Both the position numbers and the translations under genes were made by a program. Source: Ostrea edulis (taxonomy: Eukaryota). From it: a stretch of DNA of 64,000 nt. The stretch lies in assembly GCF_947568905.1 (NCBI RefSeq), contig NC_079169.1, positions 2,604,001 to 2,668,000 on the forward strand, in the 5' to 3' direction. A model generated the notes under the pieces. That model was not told where the DNA came from. It ran no database searches and worked only from the letters and a program-made list of their open reading frames with translations. Below, in pieces: positions 53,541 to 64,000 of this stretch; the first letter of the stretch is position 1, and the number at the start of each line of letters is the position of its first letter.

Positions 53541-53754
53541 AATTAGTGCACAAGGACTACCAGATCAAATTGCAAAGCTGGTACTAGTGTGATAAGCCTA
53601 TACATAAGCCAAAACAGAATAGATAAAAAAAACAACAATTAGTTTACTTTCAAAACTTTATAAAAATATAATATACTAAAAGAATTTAATATGATATTTT
53701 AAACATTTCTCCTAATTTATTGTTTATCAATAGTAAATCAGGTTATATTTTTAT

Positions 53755-54808
53755 TGAGAATTGTGTACTGATAGTACTGTGAGAATTGTGTACTGATGGT
53801 ACTGTGAGAATTGTGTACTGATAGTACTGTGAGAATTGTGTACTGATAGTACTGTGAGAATTGTGTACTGATGGTACTGTGAGAATTGTGTACTGATAGT
53901 ACTGTGAGAATTGTGTACTGATGGTACTGTGAGAATTGTGTACTGATGGTACAGTGAGAATTGTGTACTGATGGTACTGTGAGAATTGTGTACTAATGGT
54001 ACTGTGAGAATTGTGTACTAATGGTACAGTGAGAATTGTGTACTGATGGTACAGTGAGAATTGTGTACTGATGGTACTGTGAGAATTGTGTACTAATGGT
54101 ACAGTGAGAATTGTGTACTGATAGTACTGTGAGAATTGTGTACTGATGGTACAGTGAGAATTGTGTAATGATGGTACTGTGAGAATTGTGTACTGATGGT
54201 ACTGTGAGAATTGTGTACTGATGGTACTGTGAGAATTGTGTACTGATAGTACTGTGAGAATTGTGTACTGATGGTACTGTGAGAATTGTGTACTGATGGT
54301 ACTGTGAGAATTGTGTACTGATGGTACTGTGAGAATTGTGTACTGATGGTACTGTGAGAATTGTGTACTGATAGTACTGTGAGAATTGTGTACTGATAGT
54401 ACTGTGTACTGATAGTACTGTGAGAATTGTGTACTGATGGTACTGTGAGAATTGTGTACTGATGGTACTGTGAGAATTGTGTAATGATGGTACTGTGAGA
54501 ATTGTGTACTGATGGTACTGTGAGAATTGTGTACTGATAGTACTGTGAGAATTGTGTACTGATGGTACTGTGAGAATTGTGTACTGATGGTACTGTGAGA
54601 ATTGTGTACTGATGGTACTGTGAGAATTGTGTACTGATGGTACTGTGAGAATTGTGTACTGATAGTACTGTGAGAATTATGTACTGATAGTACTGTGAGA
54701 ATTCTGTACTGAGAGTACTGTGAGAATTGTGTACTGATAGTACTGTGAGAATTGTGTACTGATGGTACTGTGAGAATTGTGTAATGATAGTACTGTGAGA
54801 ATTGTGAG
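53755..54808. repeat. 25-bp satellite x~42 (copy B: 59365-59945, x~23)
   Basis: Unit GTACTGTGAGAATTGTGTACTGAT(G/A); stop-free on the minus strand, producing the spurious 367-aa ORF. Confidence 0.97.
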
Positions 54809-54829
54809 AATTTTTTTTTATAAATACAT

Positions 54830-56096
54830 AACAAGAGGCTGCCCACAGGCCTTAACAGTCACCTGAGTACTAGTGAAAAGTATCACTACTCCCAAGGGCT
54901 ATGAAATCTAGAAGAAAAAATTCCAGTTTTGATTATCTAAGCTAAATTCTTATGATGTTGAAAGCAAGTTATAAAACAAGATCTGTTCTTAAAACTTCAA
55001 TGCCCTCAAAAGTGCATACACATACTGATGAAAGGCTTTATAATATAATATGCGCATCAACATTACAAGAAATGACTAATCTGAACCCATCCCAGGGTCA
55101 AAACTCTGGGTTGTGAAATTCACCATTTTTTGTACATCCCTTTCTGCTTTTCCTGATTATGCATTTAGATTTTATATCAGAGTATCAGCAAACTTAAAGA
55201 CGTCCTTCAAATTATTATAATTATTTTGACACTACCCTGAAACCAAACCCTTATCCCTATAGGATCATGCAATTTACAATTTTGGTAATTAAAGGACTAC
55301 CTATACTCCTAAATATCCACTTAGTTTCAATTCAGCATCCATAAACCTATAATGAAGGTGTTAATTAAATGTTTTACACATCAGTATTATGTACTAAGTC
55401 TGTCCCCACCCTGGGGTCAAAACCCCTACCTCGGGGATCATTAAATTTACAATTTTGGTAGAGGCCTTCTGGCCTGCTCTACATCATTATGTATTTAGTT
55501 TTTCTTAAGATGTACAGTTCTAGAAAAGAAGATTTTTAAAATTGGTCAATTTTTGCTCTGACCCTAAGGCCTCAGGGGGTGCAGGCGTCCTGAAATTTTG
55601 ATTCTATGCCCCCCTTGTTCCAAAGATGATTCATACCAAATTTGAAATGAATTTGAATGGTAGTTATCAAGAAGTTAAAAATCTCTATTTCTCACACATT
55701 TAATAACTGACCATTTTGGCCTTACCCTAATACCAAAACCTTCTCTTTCTAAATATCCATTTAGTTTCAATAGCACTAAAGATGTTATTTAAGTGTTTTA
55801 CACATAAACACTTAATATACAAATTTTTGCCCCACCTTGGGGTCAAAACCTCTACCCCGGGGATCATGAAATTTACAAGTTTGGTAGAGTCGTTTCTGCT
55901 CTATATCACTTAGTTTTTCTTACACGTGCGGTTCTAGATTTTTGAAAATTTGGGCAGTTTTTGTCTCGACCCTAGGGGTGCTGGAATCCTAAAATTTACA
56001 ATTTATGTCTCCTTTGTCAATTGTTAACGCAAGACGACGGACGACAACCAATTGCAATATATAATATAGGTCAGAGTTTACTCAGGTGACCTAATT
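54830..56096 (-). mobile_element. HINE, copy B
   Basis: Nearly identical to 49421-50686. Confidence 0.8.
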
Positions 56097-56867
56097 AAAA
56101 CAATATCAATTTGAAATTATAATACAAAATTTTATTCCTACTGTCATATAAATATATTCATGCATTGAACTATGTACAATATAACAAATTCATTAGTTAG
56201 AAAAAATTTAACAAATTCATTTAGTTACAAAACATTGAACAAATTCATTTAGTTAGAAAACATTGATCAATGAATGAAGTAATACTTATTTATAACAAAT
56301 ATTGTGTGGCAGCAAATCAACATGCAATACAGAAACAAAAACAAAGATAAAAATAGCACTATTTTACAGATCTAAATGAAACAGACCTCAAAAAGTCTAC
56401 ACAGAAGATATAATCTATTAGCACTTTCCTCAGGATAAATAATTTACCAGCACTATACAAGCACCTCAGGATAAATAAATAACATACTAGCACTATACAA
56501 GCACCTCTGGATAAATAAATAACTTACCAGCACTATACAAGCACCTCAGGATAAATAAATAATTTACCAGCACTATACAAGCACCTCAGGATAAATAAAT
56601 AACTTACCAGCACTATACAAGCACCTCAGGATAAATAAATAACTTACTAGCACTATACAAGCACCTCAGGATAAATAAATAACTTACCAGCACTATACAA
56701 GCACCTCAGGATAAATAAATAACTTACTAGCACTATACAAGCACCTCAGGATAAATAAATAACGTACCAGCACTATACAAGCACTACGATTTCACAGGAC
56801 AGTAACCAGAAGCAGGTCCGATATATCATTAATCCCAGATTCTTTTTCCACACTAACATACTCACTA

Positions 56868-58280
56868 TCACCATTCACTGGGCACACACTTGTTAACACT
56901 GAGTGTTTTCCTCTTGCTGATCCCTAATGAGCGTCTGCTTCTGTTCCTCTTGTTGGAGAACCATTTCTTCACCTGCTCCTCCTTGATTCCTCCTCTCACG
57001 GCTAGATTCTGGATGACATCAGATGGTGGGTGCGGGTGATCGAGATGACTGTAGTACCACTGCTCCATAAGCTGAACGGCCTTCTGGGATAGCGATGGTC
57101 TGGTGCGTAGGTTGTTCTGGCTGCAGGTCTGGTGCTGTGCTGTGGTGGTCATGTTGATGATTGATGACTGCTGAGGTAGATTGTCCTCCAGGAACTGTAA
57201 ACTGCTCTCCACTCGGTCCATGATGCGATGATGGATGATGGTGTAGTGTTGGTTGATGCTCTCTTGGATGTGGTGGGGCTGGCTGAGGTTCTGGTGAAGG
57301 GCACAGTAGCGATCAGTCTCCACTTGGGCACTCTGGTATTTAAAGAAGGATGTCAGGTCATTCATCTGCTGAGGATGGAAGGGACGAAGGCTGTCAAGTC
57401 TCTGCAGAAGCTGTCGTTCACGGCTGGCAGTGGACATCTCGGGTTGAATGGACTTGATGAGCACAGATGGAGTGTATGAACTGGCCTCTGAGCGGAAGAT
57501 GGACTGAAGAGCACTGAAGATTTCGTTGGATGAGATGATGTTGTCACTGAAGTTTTTCTGTGGTATTGGAGGTGGTAGACACTTGAGAGCAAGCTGAAGT
57601 TCGTTGTCTGGAGATTTCTCTGGTGTGGGTTGGTCGCTGATGAGGGAAGCCAAGAACTCATCAAATCTGGTCTCTGCTTTGCTGGTATCAATGTCATTCT
57701 GGCTGGAAGATGAGATGTTGTTCTCTGAAAATTTCTCTGGTGTGGGTTGGTCGCTGATGAGAGAAGTCAGGCACTTGTCAAATCTGGTCTCTGCTTTGCT
57801 GGTGTCGATGTCATTGTGGCTGGAGGATGAGATGTTGTCTGGAGATTTCTCTGGTGTGGGTTGGTCGCTGATGAGGGAAGTCAGGCACTTGTCAAATCTG
57901 GTCTCTGCTTTGCTGGTGTCGATGTCATTCTGGCTGGAGGATGAGATGTTGTCTGAAAATTTCTCTGGTGTGGGTTGGTCGCTGATGAGAGAAGTCAGGC
58001 ACTCATCAAATCTGGTCTCTGCTTTGCTGGTGTCGATGTCATTGTAGCTGGAGGATGAGATGTTGTCTGGAGAATTCTCTGGTGTGGGTTGGTTGCTGAT
58101 GAGGGAAGTCGGGCACTTATCAAATCTGGTCTTTGCTTTGCTGGTGTCAATATTCTGGCTGGAGGTGGTGAGAGGCTGGGGTGTGGCTGGGGAATCGTCA
58201 AAGATGGTGGCCTTGATGATGTCCTCCAGCGTGGTATTAAAGTTGATCTCGATGTGGGGTGAAGAAGCACGATCAGCCAT
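56868..58280 (-). CDS. Divergent TALE-class homeobox transcription factor, copy B, 470 aa, intronless CDS
   Basis: Homeodomain protein sequence identical to copy A; five 38-aa repeats rather than four; NSR/NLS and T/I differences in the middle region. Confidence 0.9.
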   Translation of the reverse strand: MADRASSPHIEINFNTTLEDIIKATIFDDSPATPQPLTTSSQNIDTSKAKTRFDKCPTSLISNQPTPENSPDNISSSSYNDIDTSKAETRFDECLTSLISDQPTPEKFSDNISSSSQNDIDTSKAETRFDKCLTSLISDQPTPEKSPDNISSSSHNDIDTSKAETRFDKCLTSLISDQPTPEKFSENNISSSSQNDIDTSKAETRFDEFLASLISDQPTPEKSPDNELQLALKCLPPPIPQKNFSDNIISSNEIFSALQSIFRSEASSYTPSVLIKSIQPEMSTASRERQLLQRLDSLRPFHPQQMNDLTSFFKYQSAQVETDRYCALHQNLSQPHHIQESINQHYTIIHHRIMDRVESSLQFLEDNLPQQSSIINMTTTAQHQTCSQNNLRTRPSLSQKAVQLMEQWYYSHLDHPHPPSDVIQNLAVRGGIKEEQVKKWFSNKRNRSRRSLGISKRKTLSVNKCVPSEW

Positions 58281-58568
58281 GATGAATCACGATATACACA
58301 ACACAAAGCACTAACACCTAAACACACTAAATCACAAAATCACTCAACACAACATATACACTATTACTTACAATGTACAGACAATATGACTGCAGGTAAG
58401 CAACACAGAAAGAACACAAATTCACAAAAACAAAGAATGAATTCAATAGGTGTAAAATGTAGAATTTATTGCTCCAATGAATTAGGCAATCTATAGGATT
58501 ATATCAGCTCTCTGATACCTCAGACTGGATCACAATATGTGAATAGTTGAAATTCAATAGCAAGGGGC

Positions 58569-59135
58569 TTTTTATAGACACAAAGTTCTGCTACAATTCA
58601 GCTTGGATTGCAAACAAAGATGTTCATTGGTCATGAGGTGTTTCCATCAGTTGTGATTGGTTGATGAATCCAATTATTTAACAAGCTAAGTTGGGACTGG
58701 CTGGTTTTGCATCATTGACCACACCTTTCCTTGGTCTGAGAAATCAGCTTGGGGTTATTAGGGATAGCTTGGGTGTGGTCACCTTGTGGTGTGGGTATCA
58801 AAGTAAGCAGCTGGTTACTAATTGATCATAATTAATACTGGAGACCTACAGATCAAAGGGAAAGACCGTTCTCTGATTGGTCATAGTTAATACTCTACAG
58901 AGGGGATGAAATTAAGTGATAAACAGATCTATAATGGGTCACACTAAATGGCCAATCAAAGTGATAAGCTTGTTGCTGGTAAGCCTTTATTTCAAACACA
59001 ATATGTAACAGATCAAAGTGAGAAGATGATCTAATTAGTGCTCAGATCAAAGTGAGAAGATGATCTAATTAATGCACAGATCAAAGTGAGAAGATGGTCT
59101 AATAAGTGCACAGATCAAAGTGAGAATATATGGTC
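58569..59135 (-). promoter_or_regulatory. TATA + multi-CCAAT promoter and TCF/LEF-site array of homeobox copy B
   Basis: TATAAAAA at 58576-58569; AGATCAAAGGG at 58850; 34-bp repeat with AGATCAAAG at 59010, 59044, 59078, 59112. Confidence 0.65.
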
Positions 59136-59364
59136 TTTGACTAATCCTACTTAGTGCACAAGGAGTACCAGATCAAATTGCAAAGTTGGTACTAGTGTGA
59201 TAAGCCTATACATAAGCCAAAACAGAATAGATAAAAAAAAAAACAACAATTAGTTTACATTCAAAACTTTATAAAAATATAATATACTAAAAGAATCTAA
59301 CATGATATTTTAAACATTTCTCCTAATTTATTGTTTATCAATAGTAAATCAGGTTATATTTTTA

Positions 59365-59945
59365 TTGAGAATTGTGTACTGATAGTACTGTGAGAATTGT
59401 GTTTGTGTACTGATGGTACTGTGAGAATTGTGTACTGATAGTACTGTGAGAATTGTGTACTGATAGTACTGTGAGAATTGTGTACTAATGGTACTGTGAG
59501 AATTGTGTACTGATGGCACTGTGAGAATTGTGTACTGATGGCACTGTGAGAATTGTGTACTGATAGTACAGTACTGTGAGAATTGTGTACTGATAGTACT
59601 GTGAGAATTGTGTACTGATAGTACTGTGAGAATTGTGTACTGGTGGTACTGTGAGAATTGTGTACTGATAGTACTGTGAGAATTGTGTACTGATAGTACT
59701 GTGAGAATTGTGTAGTGATAGTACTGTGAGAATTGTGTACTGATAGTACTGTGAGAATTGTGTACTGATAGTACTGTGAGAATTGTGTACTGATGGTACT
59801 GTGAGAATTGTGTACTGATAGTACTGTGAGAATTGTGTACTGATAGTACTATGAGAATTGTGTACTGATAGTACTGTGAGAATTGTGTAGTGATGGTACT
59901 GTGAGAATTGTGTAGTGATGGTATTGTGAGAATTGTATAGTGAGT
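59365..59945. repeat. 25-bp satellite, copy B; end of the duplicated unit
   Basis: Same unit as 53755-54808, decaying into unique sequence at ~59945. Confidence 0.95.
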
Positions 59946-60560
59946 TTATTTGTTATCAGAAAAATGTTCTATGATCATTTACAGTTTTTTGAATGTAAGA
60001 GATTAGCCCAACCTCTATAATAAATGGAAGCAAGAATTAACTGTACATGGAGATGTTATTTCAATACAAGGTATTCTTAAAGTATGTTCTAAGATAATAA
60101 CTGATCCTTCTGTTCAATGATTGCAATTTAGAATATTACAAAGAATGGGACATTACTTTTAAACAATAGTACTGCAAATGGTACATAATATGCCCGTGAA
60201 AATGCTTACATAGGGTGTTTTTCTTATGCGATAATTTGTAGAATTTTGCTTCAGGTAGTATCAGCCATCATCAGGCTGTAACATACTTTCTTTGCATCAA
60301 ATAAATAAAGGGTCTTATTCAGAGAGAGAGAATTAAAGATCATCAATAATAAAGGACCATGTCTTTCAGTTGGTATTGAAATCTATAATTTTATGTTTTA
60401 TATGCAATTTGCTTTAAAGTTCTTAACATTAAAGTTCTCTTTATTTCATTTATCAGACTATTCATGGATAGGCTATTTTTTAAATATAGTGCATAAATTT
60501 ATGAGCTTTAACCAAATTCTAAATTATCAAAATGCTCATTTGAACTTCGATGCAAAAACT

Positions 60561-61385
60561 AACAAGATGTACTGTGATCAATGCTCACAAAGAATACCCC
60601 CCGCTTACCCTAATCTCCCAAAGGGTGTTGTTAATAGGTATAAATTACCTCTTTCCTGAGTGTAAAAATATGGTATGCCTTTGTAGAAGAAAATGGAAGA
60701 TATAGTCCGAACACAAATCCATGGCATAAACCTATAATTTTGACCTTGAGATCAAAGGTCAAAGTCATAAAGAGGTCATGAATGTACATGACACAAAGTC
60801 TCATGGTGATACACCCATGTCTTATGGTATGACTATGTCAAAACCCTATAATCAATTTTGACCTTGAGGTCAAAGTTCAAGGTCATATAGAGGTCATGAA
60901 GGTACTCAACACATCGTCTCATGGTGATACACTCATGTGTCAAATATGATATGTCTATGTCAAAGAACAAAGAAGTCATGGCCCTGACACGAATCCATTG
61001 TAAAAACCTTTAATTTTGACCTTGAGGTCAAGGTCATATGGATGTCATGAAGGTACATGACACATCGTCTCATGGTGATACACTCAGGTGTCAAATATGG
61101 TATGCCTATGTCAAAGAACAAAAAAGTTATGGCCCGGACACGAATCCATTGTAAAAACCTTTAATTTTGACCTTGAGGTCAAGGGTCAAGGTCATATAGA
61201 GGTCATGAAGGTACTCGACACATCGTCTCATGGTGATCTACCTGTGTGCCAAATATGGTATGCCTAAGTCAAAGAACAAAGAAGTTATGGCCCAGACAAA
61301 AATCTGCACAGACAGATGGACGGATGCAGAAAGACAGACAGAGTGATTCCTATATACCCCCCAGAACTTCGTTCGGGAGATATAA
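60561..61385 (+). mobile_element. HINE with internal tandem units
   Basis: AACAAGATGTACTGTGATC start; repeats of TTGACCTTGAGGTCAA...GAGGTCATGAA...CGTCTCATGGTGATACAC...ATGTCAAAGAACAA; GACA/GGAC tail; GATTCCTATATACCCCCC..TTCG..GGGAGATATAA end. Confidence 0.8.
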
Positions 61386-61642
61386 GATAGGCAGAATGAG
61401 CATACCCAAAAATGATTTACACTATAAGTGTAAACCAAAAACCCAAGGTACTCCACAGAAAGCTTTACTACATTAAAATTTAAAGAGAATGCAAAATATT
61501 TTTACTTCACCGTGTAACGTAAATCATAAAAAATATGACGTCACAATTAAATGACGTCGCAGCAGTGTGAGATAAAAAAAAAATCTTCACATACCGGTCT
61601 CACATGGCTAAAGTCGATCTCACACTGGTGATAATGTGAGAA

Positions 61643-61914
61643 AACATCATCTCATCCAACAAAATCTTCATTGCTCTTCAGTCCATCTTCCACTCTGAGG
61701 CCAGTTCATACATTCCATCTGTGCTTATTAGGTGCATCCAGCCCGAGATGTCCACCATGAACGACATCTGGAGAGACTCGACAGCCCTCGTTCCTTCCAC
61801 CTCCGCAGATGAATGACCTAACATCCTTCTTTAAGTACCAGAGTGGAGACTGATCGCAACTGTGCCCTTCATCAGAACTCCAACCCGCCCCACCACATCC
61901 AAGAGAGCATCAAC
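61643..61914 (+). pseudogene. Inverted, frameshifted fragment of the TALE homeobox gene (NIISSNEIF...QESIN segment)
   Basis: AACATCATCTCATCCAACAAAATCTTCATTGCTCTTCAGTCCATCTTCC...CCACCACATCCAAGAGAGCATCAAC aligns by eye to the coding strand of copies A and B, with 7-, 3-, 1- and 8-nt deletions; no ORF in the supplied track. Confidence 0.88.
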
Positions 61915-62344
61915 TATGTCTGCTATTCCTAAGTATGCATTTAGTTCTATAGATTCAGCAAACTTACACATAAATACTACAACTTAAGTTTGGCCACACC
62001 CTGGGGTCAGAACCCCTACTCTGGAGATCATGAAATTTACAATTTTGGTAGAGGCCTTCCTGCTCTTCATCACCAGGCATTTACTTTTTCTTTTAACATG
62101 TGCGGTTCTAAAGAAAAAGATATTTTAAAATTGGTCAATTGGGGCAGTTTTTGCCCTACCCCTAAGGCCCCAGGAATCCTGAAATTTATAATTTATGTCC
62201 CCCTTGTTCCAAAAATGCTTCATACCAAATTTGAAAGGAATTGGAAGTTATCAAGAAGTTAAAAATGTTCAATTGGTAACGCACGACGATGGATGACAAC
62301 CAATTGCAAAAGGTCACCTAAGTCAACTCAGGCGACCTTAAAAT
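61915..62344 (-). mobile_element. HINE fragment, same family as 49421-50686
   Basis: CACCCTGGGGTCAGAACCCCTACTCTGGAGATCATGAAATTTACAATTTTGGTAGAGGCCTTC...CAACCAATTGCAAAAGGTCACC...ACTCAGGCGACC. Confidence 0.75.
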
Positions 62345-62402
62345 ATAAATAATAAAATGTCTTTGTTGTTCCATCGGGTGATGAAGGTAGCAACCATTGC
62401 AT

Positions 62403-64000
62403 AAACAAGAGATGTTTGTAAAACACATATGCCCCCCCCCCCCCCCCCAATGGTGCAAAATTGAAAAGGGTTATACACACACACATCATTTAATTGATAG
62501 TAGTATCATCAATTCAAAATATTGAGCAGACAATATCTTCCTATGTCAAGAGTGAATTGACCATGTGACCTAAATAACAATATGGGTCATCTACTCCTTA
62601 TGCTGTACCAGTGTACCAAGTTTGGTGTTAATCAAGCAAACAATTCTTAAAATATAGGAAACAAGATATTACTATGTCCAGTTCAACAATTGACTTTTAA
62701 CCTCAAAATCAATATGGGTTGTCTTCTCCTGAAAATGTACCAGTGTACTAAGTTTGATGTCCGTCAAGCAAAAATGTTATCAAGATATTGAGTGGACAGT
62801 ATATTACTATGTTCAGTTTGACCTTTGACCATGTGACCTCAAAATCAATAGGAGTCATCTCCTCCTGAATATACACCACTGTACTTAGTTTGATGTCTGT
62901 CAAGCAAAGGGTTCTCAAAATATTGAGCGGACAGTATATTCCAATGTCCAGGTTGACCCTTGACCTTTAAACATGTGAAATCAAAATCAATAGGGATCAT
63001 CTTCTCCTGAAGATGTACCAGTGTACCAAGTTTGATGTCTGTCAAGCAAAGGGTTCTCAAGATATTGAACGGACAGTATATTCTTATGTCCAGTTTGACC
63101 CTTGACCTTGACCATGTGACCTCAAAATCAATAGGGGTCATCTTCTCCTGAAGACGTACCAGTGTACCAAGTTTGATGTCTGTCAAGCAAAGGGTTCTCA
63201 AGATATTGAGCGGACAGTATATTCCTATGTCCAGTTTGACCCTTGACGTTTGACCATGTGACCACCTCAAAATCACTAGGGGTTATCTTCTCCTAGAGAC
63301 GTACCAGTGTACCAAGTTTGATGTCTGTCGAGCAAAGGGTTCTCAAGATATTGAGCGGACAGTATATTCCTATGTCCAGTTTGACCCTTGACCATGTGAC
63401 CTCAAAATCAATAGGGGTCATCTTCTCTTGAAGACGTACCAGTGTACCAAGTTTGATGTCTGTCAAGCAAAGGGTTCTCAAGATATTGAGCGGACAGTAT
63501 ATTTCCATGTCTAGTTTGACCCTTGACCTTTGATCATGTGACCTCAAAATCAATAGGAGTCATCTTCCCCTTAAGATATACCAGTGTACTAAGTTTGATG
63601 TCTGTCAAGCAAAGGGTTCTCAAGATATTGAGCAGACATTATATTCTTAAGTCCAGTTTGACCCTTGACCATGTGACCTCAAAATCAATAGGGGTCATCT
63701 TCTCTTGAAGATGTACCAGTGTACCAAGTTTGATGTCTGTCAAGCAAAGGGTTCTCAAGATATTGAGCGGACAGTATATTCCTATGTCTAGTTTGACCCT
63801 TGACCATGTGACCTCAAAATCAATGGGGGTCATCTTCTTCTGAAGATGTACTGGCGTACCAAGTTTGATGTCTGTCAAGCAAAGGGTTCTCTAGACATTG
63901 AATGGTCAGTATATTCCTATGCCCAGTTTGACCCTTGACCTTTGACCATGTGACCTCAAAATCAATAGGGGTCATCTACTCCTTAGGATGTACCAGTTTG
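62403..64000 (+). mobile_element. HINE with internal ~120-125-bp satellite array running off the window
   Basis: AAACAAGAGATGTTTGTAAAACAC..GCCCCC start, then about a dozen units TGACCATGTGACCTCAAAATCAATAGGGGTCATCTTCTCCTGAAGATGTACCAGTGTACCAAGTTTGATGTCTGTCAAGCAAAGGGTTCTCAAGATATTGAGCGGACAG. Confidence 0.85.

Larger units (their letters stand above)
49400..59945. repeat. Tandem segmental duplication, unit ~5.4 kb (copy A ~49400-54810, copy B ~54811-59945)
   Basis: ATAAATACATAACAAGAGGCTGCCCACAGG at 49411 and 54820 (offset 5409); colinear HINE, 3'UTR, CDS, promoter and 25-bp satellite; scattered substitutions and repeat-number differences. Confidence 0.95.

Noticed and set aside
49400-54810. Homeobox unit as a single HINE-captured transposed cassette
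   Set aside because: The duplicated unit extends beyond the HINE end, the gene lies outside the subterminal inverted repeats, and no matching terminus or TSD flanks the unit.
53743-54846. 367-aa ORF with 25-aa periodicity
   Set aside because: It is three frames of a stop-free 25-bp satellite; no unique coding context, and the array length differs in copy B.
62845-63878. Repetitive minus-strand ORFs (DIKLGTLV...)
   Set aside because: Translations of the HINE internal satellite array.

Overview
AT-rich, intron-containing animal genomic DNA. The SINE, Helentron-type (HINE) and satellite repertoire points to a bivalve, probably an oyster (inference from repeat families, not a database result). 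Left to right: (1) a 1256-aa disordered, proline-rich protein encoded by one large minus-strand exon (3737-7507), with no recognisable globular domain; (2) about 31 kb without convincing ORFs, filled with SINEs, an RTEX LINE fragment, MITEs, HINEs and minisatellites; (3) a six-exon Translin gene (minus) head-to-head with a nine-exon RNF32 gene (plus), start codons about 320 bp apart; (4) a 5.4-kb tandem duplication carrying two intact, intronless, divergent TALE-class homeobox genes of the spiralian-specific (SPILE-like) type, plus an inverted, decayed fragment of a third copy at 61643-61914. Each homeobox copy has three independently copy-number-variable modules: an upstream 34-bp array of AGATCAAAG (TCF/LEF consensus) sites behind a TATA plus multi-CCAAT promoter, a 38-aa N-terminal coding repeat, and a 40-bp 3'UTR repeat carrying AU-rich elements. 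This locus is the best candidate for an undescribed system. A second theme is minisatellites that have multiplied real splice sites (RNF32 last acceptor x5, gene-1 3'UTR donor x7). No CRISPR array, rRNA or true tRNA gene is supported.
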